DNA of 64,000 nt from Octopus sinensis (GCF_006345805.1 NC_042998.1:11532001-11596000), one strand, 5' to 3'. Counted from the stretch's first letter, positions 50,585 through 62,884 are shown. Notes: a model not told the origin generated them from the sequence alone. A program made the numbers and translations.

Positions 50585-50704
50585 GTTGAAAATGATTTGG
50601 ATCGTATAAAGAATGCCAGCAGTCAACATGAACTTTTAGCAAGTTTTGATGACTTTGGGAAAAGTGTCCAACAGCTGTCAGACAGGGCAGCTAAAAGACA
50701 AGCT
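50585..50704 (+). CDS. CTNNA: Alpha-catenin coding exon 4 (VENDLDRIKNASSQHEL...AAKRQA)
   Basis: CCAG| acceptor, |GTGAGT donor, 120 nt. Confidence 0.96.
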
Positions 50705-51051
50705 GTGAGTATATTCACTTCTGAAACTTTGTCAATCGTACTGCACTTTTATATTTTACACTTGTTCTTGTAACATGGCAAGCCTTAATCCAGTACACCT
50801 GTCATTGATGGCAAGTCAAGTCATGACCAGCTTACCTGTATTTCACACAGGGTTTCTAGGGTGACATATTCTGATGTATTTTCAGTTTTTAAGGTAATAG
50901 GATATGACTGAAAGATTTGGCTGCTATTTCTACCCAGTCAAGCAAGTACACAGCAACTTCATTGGCTTGACAATAGTATTAAATAACTGAAAGGTTGGAA
51001 GGAGAAAACTTCTTGACTTCACTGTGGATATAATGTTTGATTTATGGATAT

Positions 51052-51295
51052 TCATCATCATCATCATCACCATTTAACATCCGTTTTCCGTGCTAGCACG
51101 GGTTGGACGGTTTGACCGGGGTCTGGGAAGCCAGGTGGCTGCACCAGGCTCCAGTCTGATCTAGTAGTGTTTCTACAGCTGGATGCCCTTCCTAACGCCA
51201 ACCACTCCGTGAGTGTAGTGGGCGCTTTTTACGTGCCAGGGGAGTCTGTCAGTGGCCATGATCGGTTGGTGCTTTTTACATGCCACCGGCACAGA
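51052..51295 (-). mobile_element. RTE 3' UTR copy
   Basis: Family motifs. Confidence 0.85.
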
Positions 51296-51757
51296 AGAGA
51301 GAGAGGCTGTTAGTTGTCACTTCATCTCATGGAAAAATTACTAATGAAAAGTGTCTGCATTTGCTTCTTGCTAATGTTTTATTACAATTTGTTGTGTTGA
51401 CATGGAATTTTATAAATATTGTGCTATTCTAGATCAGCTCTGATTTAACTGACCATTAGTACACAGGTTGTCAGTCAAACTACTGTTACCCACAGATCCG
51501 TTGTTCCAGATATACTATGACTGAGACCAATAATGCACCCTCTCACATGTAGTGATTAATCCTATGGGACAGTTTGAATATATTATATTCTCTTTATTGT
51601 TGAATCGGTTGTGAGTGAATTTGACTGGCAGAATCTAAAAGTCCATCTTGTGTATATTTGTCTGAAAGTGCTCATGTCTTCTAGACTGAATTTGCATTAT
51701 TTAAACATCCACACTAAAAATGACTTCACTATAACGATATTGTTTATATTTTTTAAG

Positions 51758-51847
51758 GATTTAAAAGACCCACGGCGTAGAGACGACTTGGCTTCTGCTC
51801 GTGCTGTGCTAAAGAAGAACAGTATGATGCTTTTGACCACTTCTAAG
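51758..51847 (+). CDS. CTNNA: Alpha-catenin coding exon 5 (DLKDPRRRDDLASARAVLKKNSMMLLTTSK)
   Basis: TTTTAAG| acceptor, AAG|GTAGTA donor, 90 nt. Confidence 0.95.
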
Positions 51848-52740
51848 GTAGTATTTTGTTAATTATTTTTTTGGATTATAGTATGTGAAATTTTTCATGA
51901 TTGATTGACTATCTTGGTGTGAGGTTTGCTTATACTTGATTTGTTAATTTTGTTCAGATGCTGTGGTTGTGGGTCCTGGCCTATAATTGGTCTGTCAGTA
52001 GCTGTGGTGTGAGATTTATTACAGTTGGTTGGTTGGTTGGTCATTGGTGTTATGCTAGCCTGTTGTTGGTTTATAGCAGTGTTAGTTACCTGTTTTTGGT
52101 CTCTGTGTGCAAGGGTTGCCTATTGTTGGTATGTAGCTGTGCCTTAAGGCTTGTTTGTAAGTGGTTTACAGGTGTGTTGTGAAGCTCATATATAGCTGAT
52201 TGGTTGCTGTTTTGTAGTTTTCCTCAGCTCTGCTATATGTGGTTTGCTAATGGTTGTTTTGTGATTGTGTTCCAAGACGTTTTGTGTTTGAGAATTACCT
52301 GTGGCTGCAAATCTTATATATTTCAACATAATATGCGCTTATTACACACATGTGAGTGAGAACACTTTGAGATATTTTTGGTATCTAACATATGTCAGAT
52401 ACTGCAAGCACTGCTTCTGATTGGTCAATCCATGGTGATGACCCGAGATCACGGTGACGGCACTACTTTTGTCATTCATAAGTTACAACTTAACTTTCAA
52501 TCTGTGTTATGTATTTCTTGAATGTTAACAAAATGTTAAACAGTCATCAGTTATTTCACCTGAAAACTTAGCGCTATAAAGTCGGACTATCTTCCTGCGG
52601 CATAACATCTTTTACAGTTACACATTGTGACGTCACTGACGTGAAATCAAGCTGTATTCATGCGCGCTTCAACACAATGTGAAGAATTTAGTTTTATTGG
52701 GTTAATAAAATATGGTCGTTTATTCGTGTGTAATAAATAA

Positions 52741-52884
52741 AATACCAAACTCATTCCCTATGGATACCGTATTTATTACAACTCGTGGCTTGTAAACGTA
52801 TCTAACTCGCTTTTGCTTGTTAGATACGTTTACAAGCCACTCGTTGTAATAAATACGGTATCCATAGGGAACTCGTTTGGTATT
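52741..52884. repeat. 66-bp-arm imperfect palindrome at the end of a CpG-richer, probably mobile segment (~52330-52890)
   Basis: 61 of 66 positions paired, 12-nt loop. Confidence 0.85.
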
Positions 52885-53914
52885 CTCTATATGTCACATG
52901 ATTACTCTCTCATTAGGTGAGCCTTATATTAGAAAGGTAGTCATTTCTAATTTTGTTGCTATAAAGGTATATAGTTGACTAGTAGTATATTTCTAGCATA
53001 TATTTTATTTAAACTCTGAAGAGTGATTGCCACCATGTAAAGCAAGTAAATACTATGTAACTAAACCAACTTGTGAGAGCATGTGATATATGTCATTCTA
53101 AGGTTGACTTACAATGAGAGAAATCTAATCCTTCAGTCTGAAGTATAATTAAATTATAGCATCATTTGTGGTGACTGCCTTGTGTACTGAGACTTGCATA
53201 CTCAAAGAAACTTGCTCTCATCTGGATTCTCACTCACTTCTGTAGACCTGCTCATACATGAACTTATGTAGTCTTGCCTTCACTTGCATTAACAAGGCCA
53301 AGGATTTGAATACTTTGATTTACAAAGTCAGAAAACAGCACAGCTCCCATGACTTCAGGAAACATTTTTTCACGCTGAGAGTTGCTGAAGCATGGAACAA
53401 ACTGCCGGCATCACTTGTTAGTTGTCGGAGCACTGCGTCCTTCAAAACTTCCATGCTTTCTGAGATTCGCCAACACTACACCTGATTTTCTCCCCTCCAT
53501 ACACACACAAGCATGTATCTGACTCATACATTGTTCGCTTTCCAGACATTTTTACATTACTGCATATACTTTATATGCACTTTTGACAAGTTGTGGTGCA
53601 CCTGAGCACCGTATACAATAATTTCATTATTATTATTATTATTATAAAGACTTGGAACTTGTGTCCACAGATGAATTTTTGCCTGCATTCAAATCTGAAT
53701 TTTACTGATGAAACTTCTAAAAACCCCAATTGAAAATCCTTAAGACCAAAACTGTAATTTCATATAAGTTGCATATTTATATATTTAAAGATTCGTTTTT
53801 CTCAGTATGTTGCTTGACTTGCCTGAAATAGAAAGGAAATCTCTCTCCAATCACATCCTAATGTCTTTTTGAAGAAATTGTCACATTGAGTTATGTAGTT
53901 TTAGTTACACTGTC

Positions 53915-54260
53915 ATATCATCATCAGTCTGTTTTTCATGCTAGCATGGGTTTGACGGTTTGACTGAAAACTGGTAAGCTGGGGGACTGCACCAAGTTTC
54001 AATCCAGCTTGGCATAGTTTGTACTGCTGGATGCCCTTCCTAATGCGAACCACTCCAAGAGTGTAGTTGGTGCATTTTACATGCCACTGGCATGGGTGCC
54101 AGTTACGAAACACCAGCACTGGCCACGACTACGATCTCACTTGGCTTGACAGGTTTCCTCAAGCATGGTTCATTGCCAAAGCTCTTGGTCACTTGTCACT
54201 GCCTCTGTGAAGCCCAAAGTTCAAAGGGTACTTTTTACATGTCACCTACATGGGTGTCAG
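53915..54260 (-). mobile_element. Decayed RTE ORF end plus 3' UTR
   Basis: Family motifs. Confidence 0.7.
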
Positions 54261-54283
54261 GTACACGATACTGGCATTAGACA

Positions 54284-54509
54284 GCGAGCTGGCAGAAACG
54301 TTAGCACGCCGGCGAAATGCTTAATGGTATTTCATCTGCTGTTACGTTCTGAGTTCAAATTCTGCCGAGGTCGACTTTGCCTTCCATCCTTTCGGGGTCG
54401 ATTAAATAAGTACCAGTTACGCACTGGGGTCGATATAATCGACTTAATCCGTTTGTCTGTCCTTGTTTGCCCTCTCTATGTTTAGCCCCTTGTGGGTAGT
54501 AAAGAAATA
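54284..54509 (+). mobile_element. SINE family 2 with 17-bp TSD GATACTGGCATTAGACA
   Basis: TSD at 54267-54283 and 54510-54526. Confidence 0.92.
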
Positions 54510-55704
54510 GATACTGGCATTAGACAAAAAAAAAACGTATAGTTATAATGTAAACTTTCAAAATCCAGGTTTATTTGCGTCTAAGCAATAAGTCTGTGAG
54601 ATTCGTCATCATTTAATAGCTGTTTTCTATGCTTTTTCCTTGGCATCAGCACCAATGCTTTTTATGTGGCATTAGCACTGACAGGGTCACTAAATATCTT
54701 GCTAGATAAAAACCCACTCGGCTGGGAGGGGGGAAGTGATATTGAGTGGGTGTGGCTTTGTGTCATTTGAGAGATTTAAGATCTAGAAAGGACAAATATA
54801 TGTGCCTTGCTGTAGAGTAGATACATGGATACCCCAGTTGGAAGAGAAGGGAAAATGAGTTAGAGAGCAAGATAAAGAAAATGGTGTTGAGTATATTTTA
54901 CCTCCATGGTACATTTGATGCTTGTGTAATCATTTATTATAAAATAGATTCCATGTGTTCTGTTTAAAGTGTCTGCTACTCTAGGCCGACGAAGGACAAT
55001 CATCCTGAAACACGACCAGAATGCAGCCCGGGCGGCTGGGGGTATTTGTCTCCCCTTCGTAAATGTATATAAGGACACAGGAAAAATGTGTCAAAGCCAT
55101 CAGGAGGCGTCGATGCTTCCTAAGGCTAAACAGCGGTGGTGTACCCCCTACTGTCACGTTTGTGTTAGATTGACAGTATACAACCATTCTATTGCCCCAC
55201 CACCGTACATGTCTCTATGAGAGATTTAGAAATTTAGTATTTCTGATATTTATAATTGTTTTAAATTTATTAAACCTTATCTATCTCGTAATTTTATTGA
55301 CTCTTTTGTAAAGTAATATTTAAAACAGTGTAATAATAGAGAAGCTATTTTCATAAAGTCATTAAATTCTTGATTTAAAAAATTTAAAATACAGACGTAC
55401 CTGAGAGAAAAACTGTACACAAAGGGGAGATAAGCAGCTAACAAGAGATTTTGTTGATTTCTTGAAAGATTAGACCTATGATAAGACTTTTCAGTTAGGT
55501 TATCATTTTTTTCTCAACTACATTCTCCAATGTATCCTGCCATTTTCAAGCGTATTAGGGTGTGATTGAAGAGATTTTATAGCTATTTCTAGCACTTAAC
55601 AGGCACCATTGAGAAACAGTAAAACTGAAAGTCAGTAAGGTGGGGATTAGTTAGTTTCTCTTTAAAACCTATGACAAAGAACAATATTGCAGTAACCTGC
55701 CATA

Positions 55705-56101
55705 TTTTTATATATAAAAGTGAGGTTGTGTGCTGTCTGTCTCCTACGATTTAGATTCCTAACTACTCCCACATTTTGCGGTGCAGTTTAACCAAAAGCG
55801 GGTATCTTATAGTCGGGATTCATATCGAGCCCTTCTGGGTATTAGCGCACGTCTACGATGAGTCTACGATTTTAAAAATAATTTACCATCAATTTTTCCC
55901 ATTTTTAATGCATTTTTGGCATATATAAGGGAAGTAACTCTCTAAAAATGTATTATTAAATCTCAGAACGTAAAAAGCTACAGTAACACTCCCCCCTTTG
56001 TGGTTAGCCATATTGAGATGGCTATTATACTTCACATCTCTAAAAATGCTTATATAGTTATTTCCCTTACAAACCCGAGCAACGCCGGGCGATACTGCTA
56101 G
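55705..56101 (+). mobile_element. Non-autonomous Helitron ending 33 nt before an alpha-catenin exon
   Basis: Same family as 30934-31306; ends CCCGAGCAACGCCGGGCGATACTGCTAG|T. Confidence 0.9.
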
Positions 56102-56134
56102 TATGTAAATATATCTTTTATCTGTCCATTCCAG

Positions 56135-56308
56135 GCTTATGTGCGACATCCGGAACTTTCTGCAGCCCGAGAGAATCGTGATTTCGCCTGTAAGCAGATG
56201 TGTGATGCAGTAAATTTAATCTCCGATGTTGCACAGGCCGCTGGTGTTTCCGATGTCCATCCATATGAACATCAGGGAGAACTAGCTGCTGCCCTGGATG
56301 AATTAGAT
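56135..56308 (+). CDS. CTNNA: Alpha-catenin coding exon 6 (AYVRHPELSAARENRDFACKQM...GELAAALDELD)
   Basis: TTCCAG| acceptor, |GTACGT donor, 174 nt. Confidence 0.95.
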
Positions 56309-56339
56309 GTACGTATTGCTCATATTCTCCCTCTCTCTT

Positions 56340-56342
56340 TAT

Positions 56343-56375
<33 letters not shown>

Positions 56376-56740
56376 GTGTATGTATGTGTATGTATGTGTG
56401 TGTGTATGTATGTATGTATATGTATGTGTGTATGTGTATGTGTGTGTGTATGTATGTATGTATATGTATGTATGTGTATGTATGTATGTATATGTATGTA
56501 TGTATGTATATGTATGTGTGTATGTATGTATATGTATGTGTGTATGTATGTATATGTATGTGTGTATGTATGTATATGTATGTGTGTGTGTATGTATATG
56601 TATGTGTGTGTGTGTATGTATATGCATGTGTGTGTGTATGTATATGTGTGTGTGTATGTGTATGTATATGTATATATGTATGTATGTATGTATGTAATGT
56701 ATGTATGTATGTATGTATATGTATGTGTATGTATGTATGT
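56340..56740. repeat. (TA)/(TATG)/(TG) microsatellite
   Basis: Direct reading. Confidence 0.95.
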
Positions 56741-57233
56741 AATGACATGCATAAGATCTGGTCATCAAATCTAAGTAGAGACTTCAAACTTGAAATCTTC
56801 AAAGCCACAGTCAAACCAATTCTACTAAATTGCTCAGAAACCTGGACGTTATCAAAGAAGCTTGAGAGGTGGTTGGATGGAACCTACACTCGCCTCCTTA
56901 TGAGAGCTCAAAATCTCTCGTGGAAGCACCATCCAACCAAAATGCAAATATATGGGAAGCTACCATCTGTGTCATCTCTTGTGAAAGGTAGGAGAGTCCA
57001 GTTTGCTGGACATTGTTGTAGAGCTGAAAAAGAAGTAATTTCTACTCTTCTCTTCTGGAAGCCATCTACTCGCAATACCAGAGGGCGCACACTCTCCTAC
57101 CCTGATGTAATCTCCAAGGATACAGGCATCCAGCAACAGGACCTCCGTAATGCCATGATGGACCGTGAAGTCTGGCGTAGCGTGGTAAATTCCATTGTCT
57201 CGACCACGGTCGAACAATGATGATGAATGATGA
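56741..57233 (+). mobile_element. RTE-like LINE 3' end with an uninterrupted ~160-codon frame and a (TGA)n tail
   Basis: KLEIFKATV.PILL..SETWTL...LDGTYTRLL...RRVQFAGHC.R...AMMDREVWR. Confidence 0.9.
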
Positions 57234-57771
57234 TGTATGCATGTATATGTATGTATATATATATATATTGATCTGACTGTTTGAAGTTGATCTTTTTTTT
57301 TATTCATGGTTTTTTTCATTAGTCCTCTATATTTTAGTTTAGAACAATAGTGTTTCTGGAAGCTATGTATATGAAGAAATACAACATAAAAAGTTAACAC
57401 ATGTACAACACACATGGAATAAATTATGGGAATAACCTGATGTTAACTGTAAAACAAATTTTAAAATCCTGATGTTAGGGTTTGTCATCCACATCCATTC
57501 CTCTGATCTCTTGCTACCTACTTGGAAAACAAAGCAATAATGCATTGCTGCTATATCTTCATTCAAGGAGATGAGATTGAGGGTCCTTCAATCATTGATC
57601 AAACAAACATTGTGAAGGATTTCTCAATTCATTTAAGGATTGTAGCATCTTTATTTTTTTTTTTACTAGGAAATGGGTGTCAGTGACTTTAAAATTTCAC
57701 AAGTCATTGTTTTCATCAGATAATCTGATGAAGCTAGTGACTTCAAAGTTACTCCTCTTTTCCTTTCATGT

Positions 57772-59070
57772 CATCATCATCGTTTGACGTCCATTTTCTA
57801 TGCTGGCATGGGTTGGAGAGTTTGACTGGGGGGTCTGGGAAGCCAGGAGGCTGCACCAGGCTCCAGTCTGCTCTGGCAGTGTTTTCTACAGCTGGATGCC
57901 CTTCCTAACGCCAACCACTCTGAGAGTGTAGTGGGTGCTTTTTACATGCCACCAGCACAGGGGCCAGAGTGGGGCTGGCATCGACCATATTTGGATGGTT
58001 CTTTTATGTCCCACTGGCATGGGAGCCAGTCAAGGCGCCACTGGCATTGACCATGTTTGGATGGTGCTTTTTATGTGCCACCAGCACAGGGAGTCAGACA
58101 GGCGGCGCTGGCATCACCCACAGCAATTTCCATTTGATTTTGGTTTGATTTGATGTTGATGTACTTGACTCAATAGGTCTCCTCAAGCACAGCATGACGC
58201 CCTACAATCCAAAAGGTACTTTTGAGTGGACTGATTATGTGACACTGGCATAGACTACAGCTCTGATCTCTCTTTATTTGCTGGGTCTTCTTGGTCACAG
58301 CATATCTCCAGAGGTCTTGGTCTTTTGTCATTGCCTTTGTAAGGCCCAGCGTTCAAAGGTCATGCTTCACCACCTCATCCCATGTCTTCCTGGGTCTCCC
58401 TCTACCATGGGTTCCTGCCACTGTTTGAGAGTGGCACTTCACACAGCTCTCCTCATCCATCCTTAGTACATGACCATACCAGCACAGATTTCTCTCTTGC
58501 ATGCCACATCCGATGCTTTTTATATCCAACATTTCTCTCAGGGCGCTTATACTGTGATGTGTGCACACTGGCATTTGACAGCCAGCGGATCATGCTAGCT
58601 TCATTTCTTTCGAACCTACACATGTTGTCAGCAGTCATGGCCCATGTTTCACTACTGTGAAGCATGGCAGTTTGCACATATGCATCGTACAATCTACCTT
58701 TCACTCTGAGCGAGAGACCCTTTATTGTCAGTAGAAGTAGAAGCTTTCTGAACTTTGCCCAGGCTATTCTTATTCTAGTTGTAACACTCTGAGCAGCCAC
58801 CCTAAGTACATACTTGGTCACCTAGGTAGTAGAGGCTATCAACTACTTCTAGTTTCTCACCCTGGCATGTGATGGAATCTGCTTTCTGAGTATCTGTGGT
58901 GTTTATTGCCCTTGTGTATCTGCCGCACACGAAAGTTATCTTCCCAGTTAATCTTCCTTTGATGTTGCTGCACCTCTTATGTGTCCATAGCTTACACTGG
59001 GTACATCTTATGGCCACTCGTACTTGAGGTAGCCTGTAGGAGGGCATCATAAAAATGGTCCTTCTGATCA
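57772..59070 (-). mobile_element. RTE LINE fragment: decayed ORF C-terminus plus the 3' UTR shared by the many short copies
   Basis: CTQCKLWTHKRCS (Cys/His finger), RIRIAWAKFRKL, LYDAYVQTAMLHSSETW, WYGHVLRM, GRGRPRKTWDEVVK, then the repeat-bearing UTR and a GATGATG tail. Confidence 0.9.
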
Positions 59071-59583
59071 TTTGGTAGGTCCACTTGTGGGGCGTAGGCA
59101 GAGATAATTGTAGCTGTGCTGTTCTACAGGACTAGTCTGAGCTTAAGCACTCTATTGCATACCCTGACAATATATATACAAATATATATCAATACACACA
59201 CACACACACTTGCATATGGACATCTACTCAGTTTTTGGCTTTCAGATTTTATTCTGAAGGCATTAAGGAGTCTCAGGCTGAATTTGAAGACTTTTACGCA
59301 ATATAGTGTAGAATGGGATTTAAGATAGAACTACATGGTTGCAAAGCAAATTTTTTATCTACTATCTCTGACCAATACTTATTTTATTGTGCCTGGAGGG
59401 ATCAAAAAGAAAGTTTGATCTTGATATGAAATGTTCTGAATTCAAATTGCACAGAGGTTAGTTTGGCTTTTCAAGACAATAAAAATTAAAATAAAAATTC
59501 TTTTGGGCTTTTGGGATGTCTTTTCTAAATTAGTAATTAATTTCTTTGTTTTGATTTAATTACATTTCCCTCCTTTCTTTCAG

Positions 59584-59787
59584 CAAAAACTCATAATGGA
59601 TCCTCTGGCCTATAACGAAGTTCACAGCCGACCGTCTTTGGAAGAACGTTTGGAGAGTATTGTTAGTGGTGCAGCCATCTTAGCAGATTCTTCTTGCACC
59701 CGGAATGATCGACGCGAAAAAATCATACAGGAGTGCAATGCTGTACGCCAGGCATTACAAGACTTACTCACAGAATATATGGATAAT
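59584..59787 (+). CDS. CTNNA: Alpha-catenin coding exon 7 (QKLIMDPLAYNEVHSRPSLEERLESIVSGAAILADSSCTR...CNAVRQALQDLLTEYMDN); the gene continues beyond the window
   Basis: Long pyrimidine tract with TTTCAG| acceptor, |GTAAGT donor, 204 nt. Confidence 0.97.
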
Positions 59788-60224
59788 GTAAGTTATTTGG
59801 TTTTTCTTTCTAGGTTCCAAGGAAGAAATCATTTTATAGATATAAAAATTTTTTTTCCTTGAAACCTTTCATGATTAACAAAATTGAATTTTCCAGCACT
59901 GAATAAACTATGATATATATGTCCCATGTCTTATGGCCTTTCTCCTCCCATATTCATATTCTCTCTCTCTGTTGCTATTATCACGGCCCTTCCTCTTGCA
60001 CTTCACTTTCAGTGCTTCTGCTTTTCTCTCTCTTTCTCTTCCCTTACTTCACTCTCTCGTTTCTTTGTACTTTCTCTCTCTAGTCCCTGTTAATCTGCAA
60101 CCTGTTTCTGTTTTTCTTTTTTATCCCCTTCTGTACAAATGGTGAATGATCTTTCATGTTTGTCTTTAACTTACTGTCTCCAATCTAGTGAAATGTTTCT
60201 TATCTAATACTATTTTTCTGTTTG

Positions 60225-60268
<44 letters not shown>

Positions 60269-60294
60269 AAGGGTGAAAAGGAACACACGAGTTG

Positions 60295-60574
60295 ATATAT
60301 ATGAAAAAACAAGTCAAGATAGAAAATGCTAAAATAATTTTATAAAGAACATTTCGGTTTCGGTCATTTTGAGACCTTTTCAACTGTAACGATTAAATAG
60401 TTAAATTTAGAAAAATTAAAAGAAAAGTTTTTTTAAAGGAATATTTGTATAGTGTTCAAATATAAGTGGCATTCTGCCTTTCTCTGTCTTCCTTGTTTGC
60501 ACTTGTGTGTTCGAGGTCGTTCTTTATAAAATTATTTTAGCATTTTCTATCTTGACTTGTTTTTTCATATATAT
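60295..60574. repeat. 56-bp perfect inverted repeats around a 168-bp spacer, embedded in TA runs; probable Penelope-like remnant
   Basis: Arms 60295-60350 and 60519-60574; hammerhead-like core on the - strand of the spacer. Confidence 0.8.
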
Positions 60575-60899
60575 ATATATATATACACACACATATATAT
60601 ATACAACAAACAAACAAAATAAAATCTTATAAAATCAAAGAAAATTACATATTTATGTATTTATATGCATGTGTGTGTATATATAATGTATGATATTTTT
60701 GCTAAAAGTTGATGAGATCATTCATATTGCACATCTGTACCACACACACACACACATCCATATAAAACATCTTTAACACATTTGTTGAGTTATATTGCTC
60801 TATGACACACCTACTGGTGTCAATAAGTGAAAGGGCAACAAGCCTCTATGACTACATAGAGGCTAGTTGCAAAGTAGTTGATGACCAAATGGCCCCATG

Positions 60900-61195
60900 A
60901 ATAGCACTTGGATCTATAAAATCACTGGATAGGACTGTCTTCAAATAAATCTGTGGCTGGACAGATTGATTGAGTCTATGCATTTGATACGGTGCTGTAG
61001 AATATCCATGTTTCACAGCCATGTAGGAGAAAGGTAAGCACTACTGCTCATACTTTAATCTTTGTGGCTAGGCTGATGCCATGATCTCTTCCCAGTCTAT
61101 GCTGAGGTCCACCAATAGCTGAACTTGCTTTGTATAATCGCTGAGTGATCTCTTTGCCAGTTGGGCAATGTTTGATAGGGTGTTTCAAAAGTAGC
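60900..61195 (-). pseudogene. Decayed RTE/BovB-like RT C-terminal fragment
   Basis: EITQRLYKASSA.G...HGISLATKIKV*AVVLTFLLHGCETW. Confidence 0.75.
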
Positions 61196-61248
61196 AAAAT
61201 TTTGGAACAGCATTTAGATGTATAAATTTCTCCTATTTCTCATGTATA

Positions 61249-61416
61249 GGCGCAGGAGTGGCTGTGTGGTAAGTAGCTTGCTAACCAACCACATGGTTCC
61301 GGGTTCAGTCCCACTGTGTGGCATCTTGGGCAAGTGTCTTCTGCTATAGCCCGGGGCCGACCAATACCTTGTGAGTGGATTGGTAGATGGAAACTGAAAG
61401 AAGCCTGTCGTATATA

Positions 61417-61495
<79 letters not shown>

Positions 61496-61705
61496 TTGTG
61501 TGTCTGTGTTTGTCCCCCTAGCATTGCTTGACAACCGATGCTGGTGTGTTTACGTCCCCGTCACTTGGCGGTTCAGCAAAAGAGACCGACAGAATAAGTA
61601 CTGGGCTTACAAAGAATAAATCCCGGGGTCGATTTGCTCGACTAAAGGCGGTGCTCCAGGATGGCCACAGTCAAATGACTGAAACAAGTAAAAGAGTAAA
61701 AGAGT
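61249..61705 (+). mobile_element. SINE family 1
   Basis: Similarity to the other copies. Confidence 0.9.
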
Positions 61706-62199
61706 ATATTGCCTACCATGACAAAAGGATCCTGTTTTGTGTGTCCAGGTGCTGGTTGGTGAAAGACTCCCACTCTTCCTCAAGTTGACTGTTTGGTCAA
61801 AAGATTTGACAGTGTTAGTGAAATAGTTGAAGTGACAAGAGAGCCCAGTACAATGCAACATATACAAATAAGTCTTACTTCCATCTACTTGTTAGCTCTA
61901 GCACTCTCTCTCTCACCAGCAGTTGCATCTTTGATGCTCCATTGGATCAGGGTGTGAGGGCTGAGTAGATTTGGCCATCTGCTCATGGCCAAATGAGTAC
62001 CTAAAGCAAAAGTATAGGCATGGTGCATTAGAAAGAACATCATTCCTGCTTTCAAGTCATAACTGAGTGTCAGTGATTACTGGAAGGGAGAGTTTATCCT
62101 CTACTCATGCCTTCACACAGCATGTGTGCTCACAATCATGTTACGTACATATTCACCTACATTTACACACACACAGACACACACACAAAACACACACAC

Positions 62200-62232
62200 A
62201 CTCTTCTCTCTCTCTCTATTTCTCTCTCTCTC

Positions 62233-62281
<49 letters not shown>

Positions 62282-62387
62282 TCCTTTCTCCTCTCTCTCT
62301 TTCTCTCTCTCTCTTTTCTCTCTCTCTTTCTCTCTCCTCTCTCTCTTTCTCTCTCTCTCTCTCCTCTCTCTCTTCTCTTCTCCTCTT

Positions 62388-62457
<70 letters not shown>

Positions 62458-62544
62458 TCTTCTCTCTCTCTCTCCTCTCTCTTTCTCTCTTTCTTTCTTT
62501 CTCTCTCTCTTCTCTCTTTCTTTCTTTCTCTCTCTCTTTCTCTC

Positions 62545-62575
<31 letters not shown>

Positions 62576-62835
62576 CTCCTCTCTCTTTCTCTTTCTCTCT
62601 TTCTCTCTTTCTCTCTTTCTCTCTCTCTCTCTCTTTCTCTCTCTTCTCTTTCTCTCTCTCTCTCTCTCTTTCTCTTTCTCTCTTTCTCTCTCTCTCTTCT
62701 CTTTCTCTCTTCTCTCTCTCTCTCTTTCTCTCTCTCTCCTCTCTTTCTCTCTCTCTCTCTCTTTCTCTCTTCTCCTTCCTCTCTCTCTCTCGCTCTCTCT
62801 CCTTCTCTCTCTCTCTCCTTCTCTCTCTCTCTCCT

Positions 62836-62882
<47 letters not shown>
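62200..62882. repeat. ~680-bp (CT)n-rich homopyrimidine tract
   Basis: Direct reading. Confidence 0.97.

Positions 62883-62884
<2 letters not shown>

Noticed and set aside
56118-56814. Overlapping HTY/CMY-rich ORFs; similar ones at 3574, 7396, 9191 and 18108
   Set aside because: Microsatellite artefacts.
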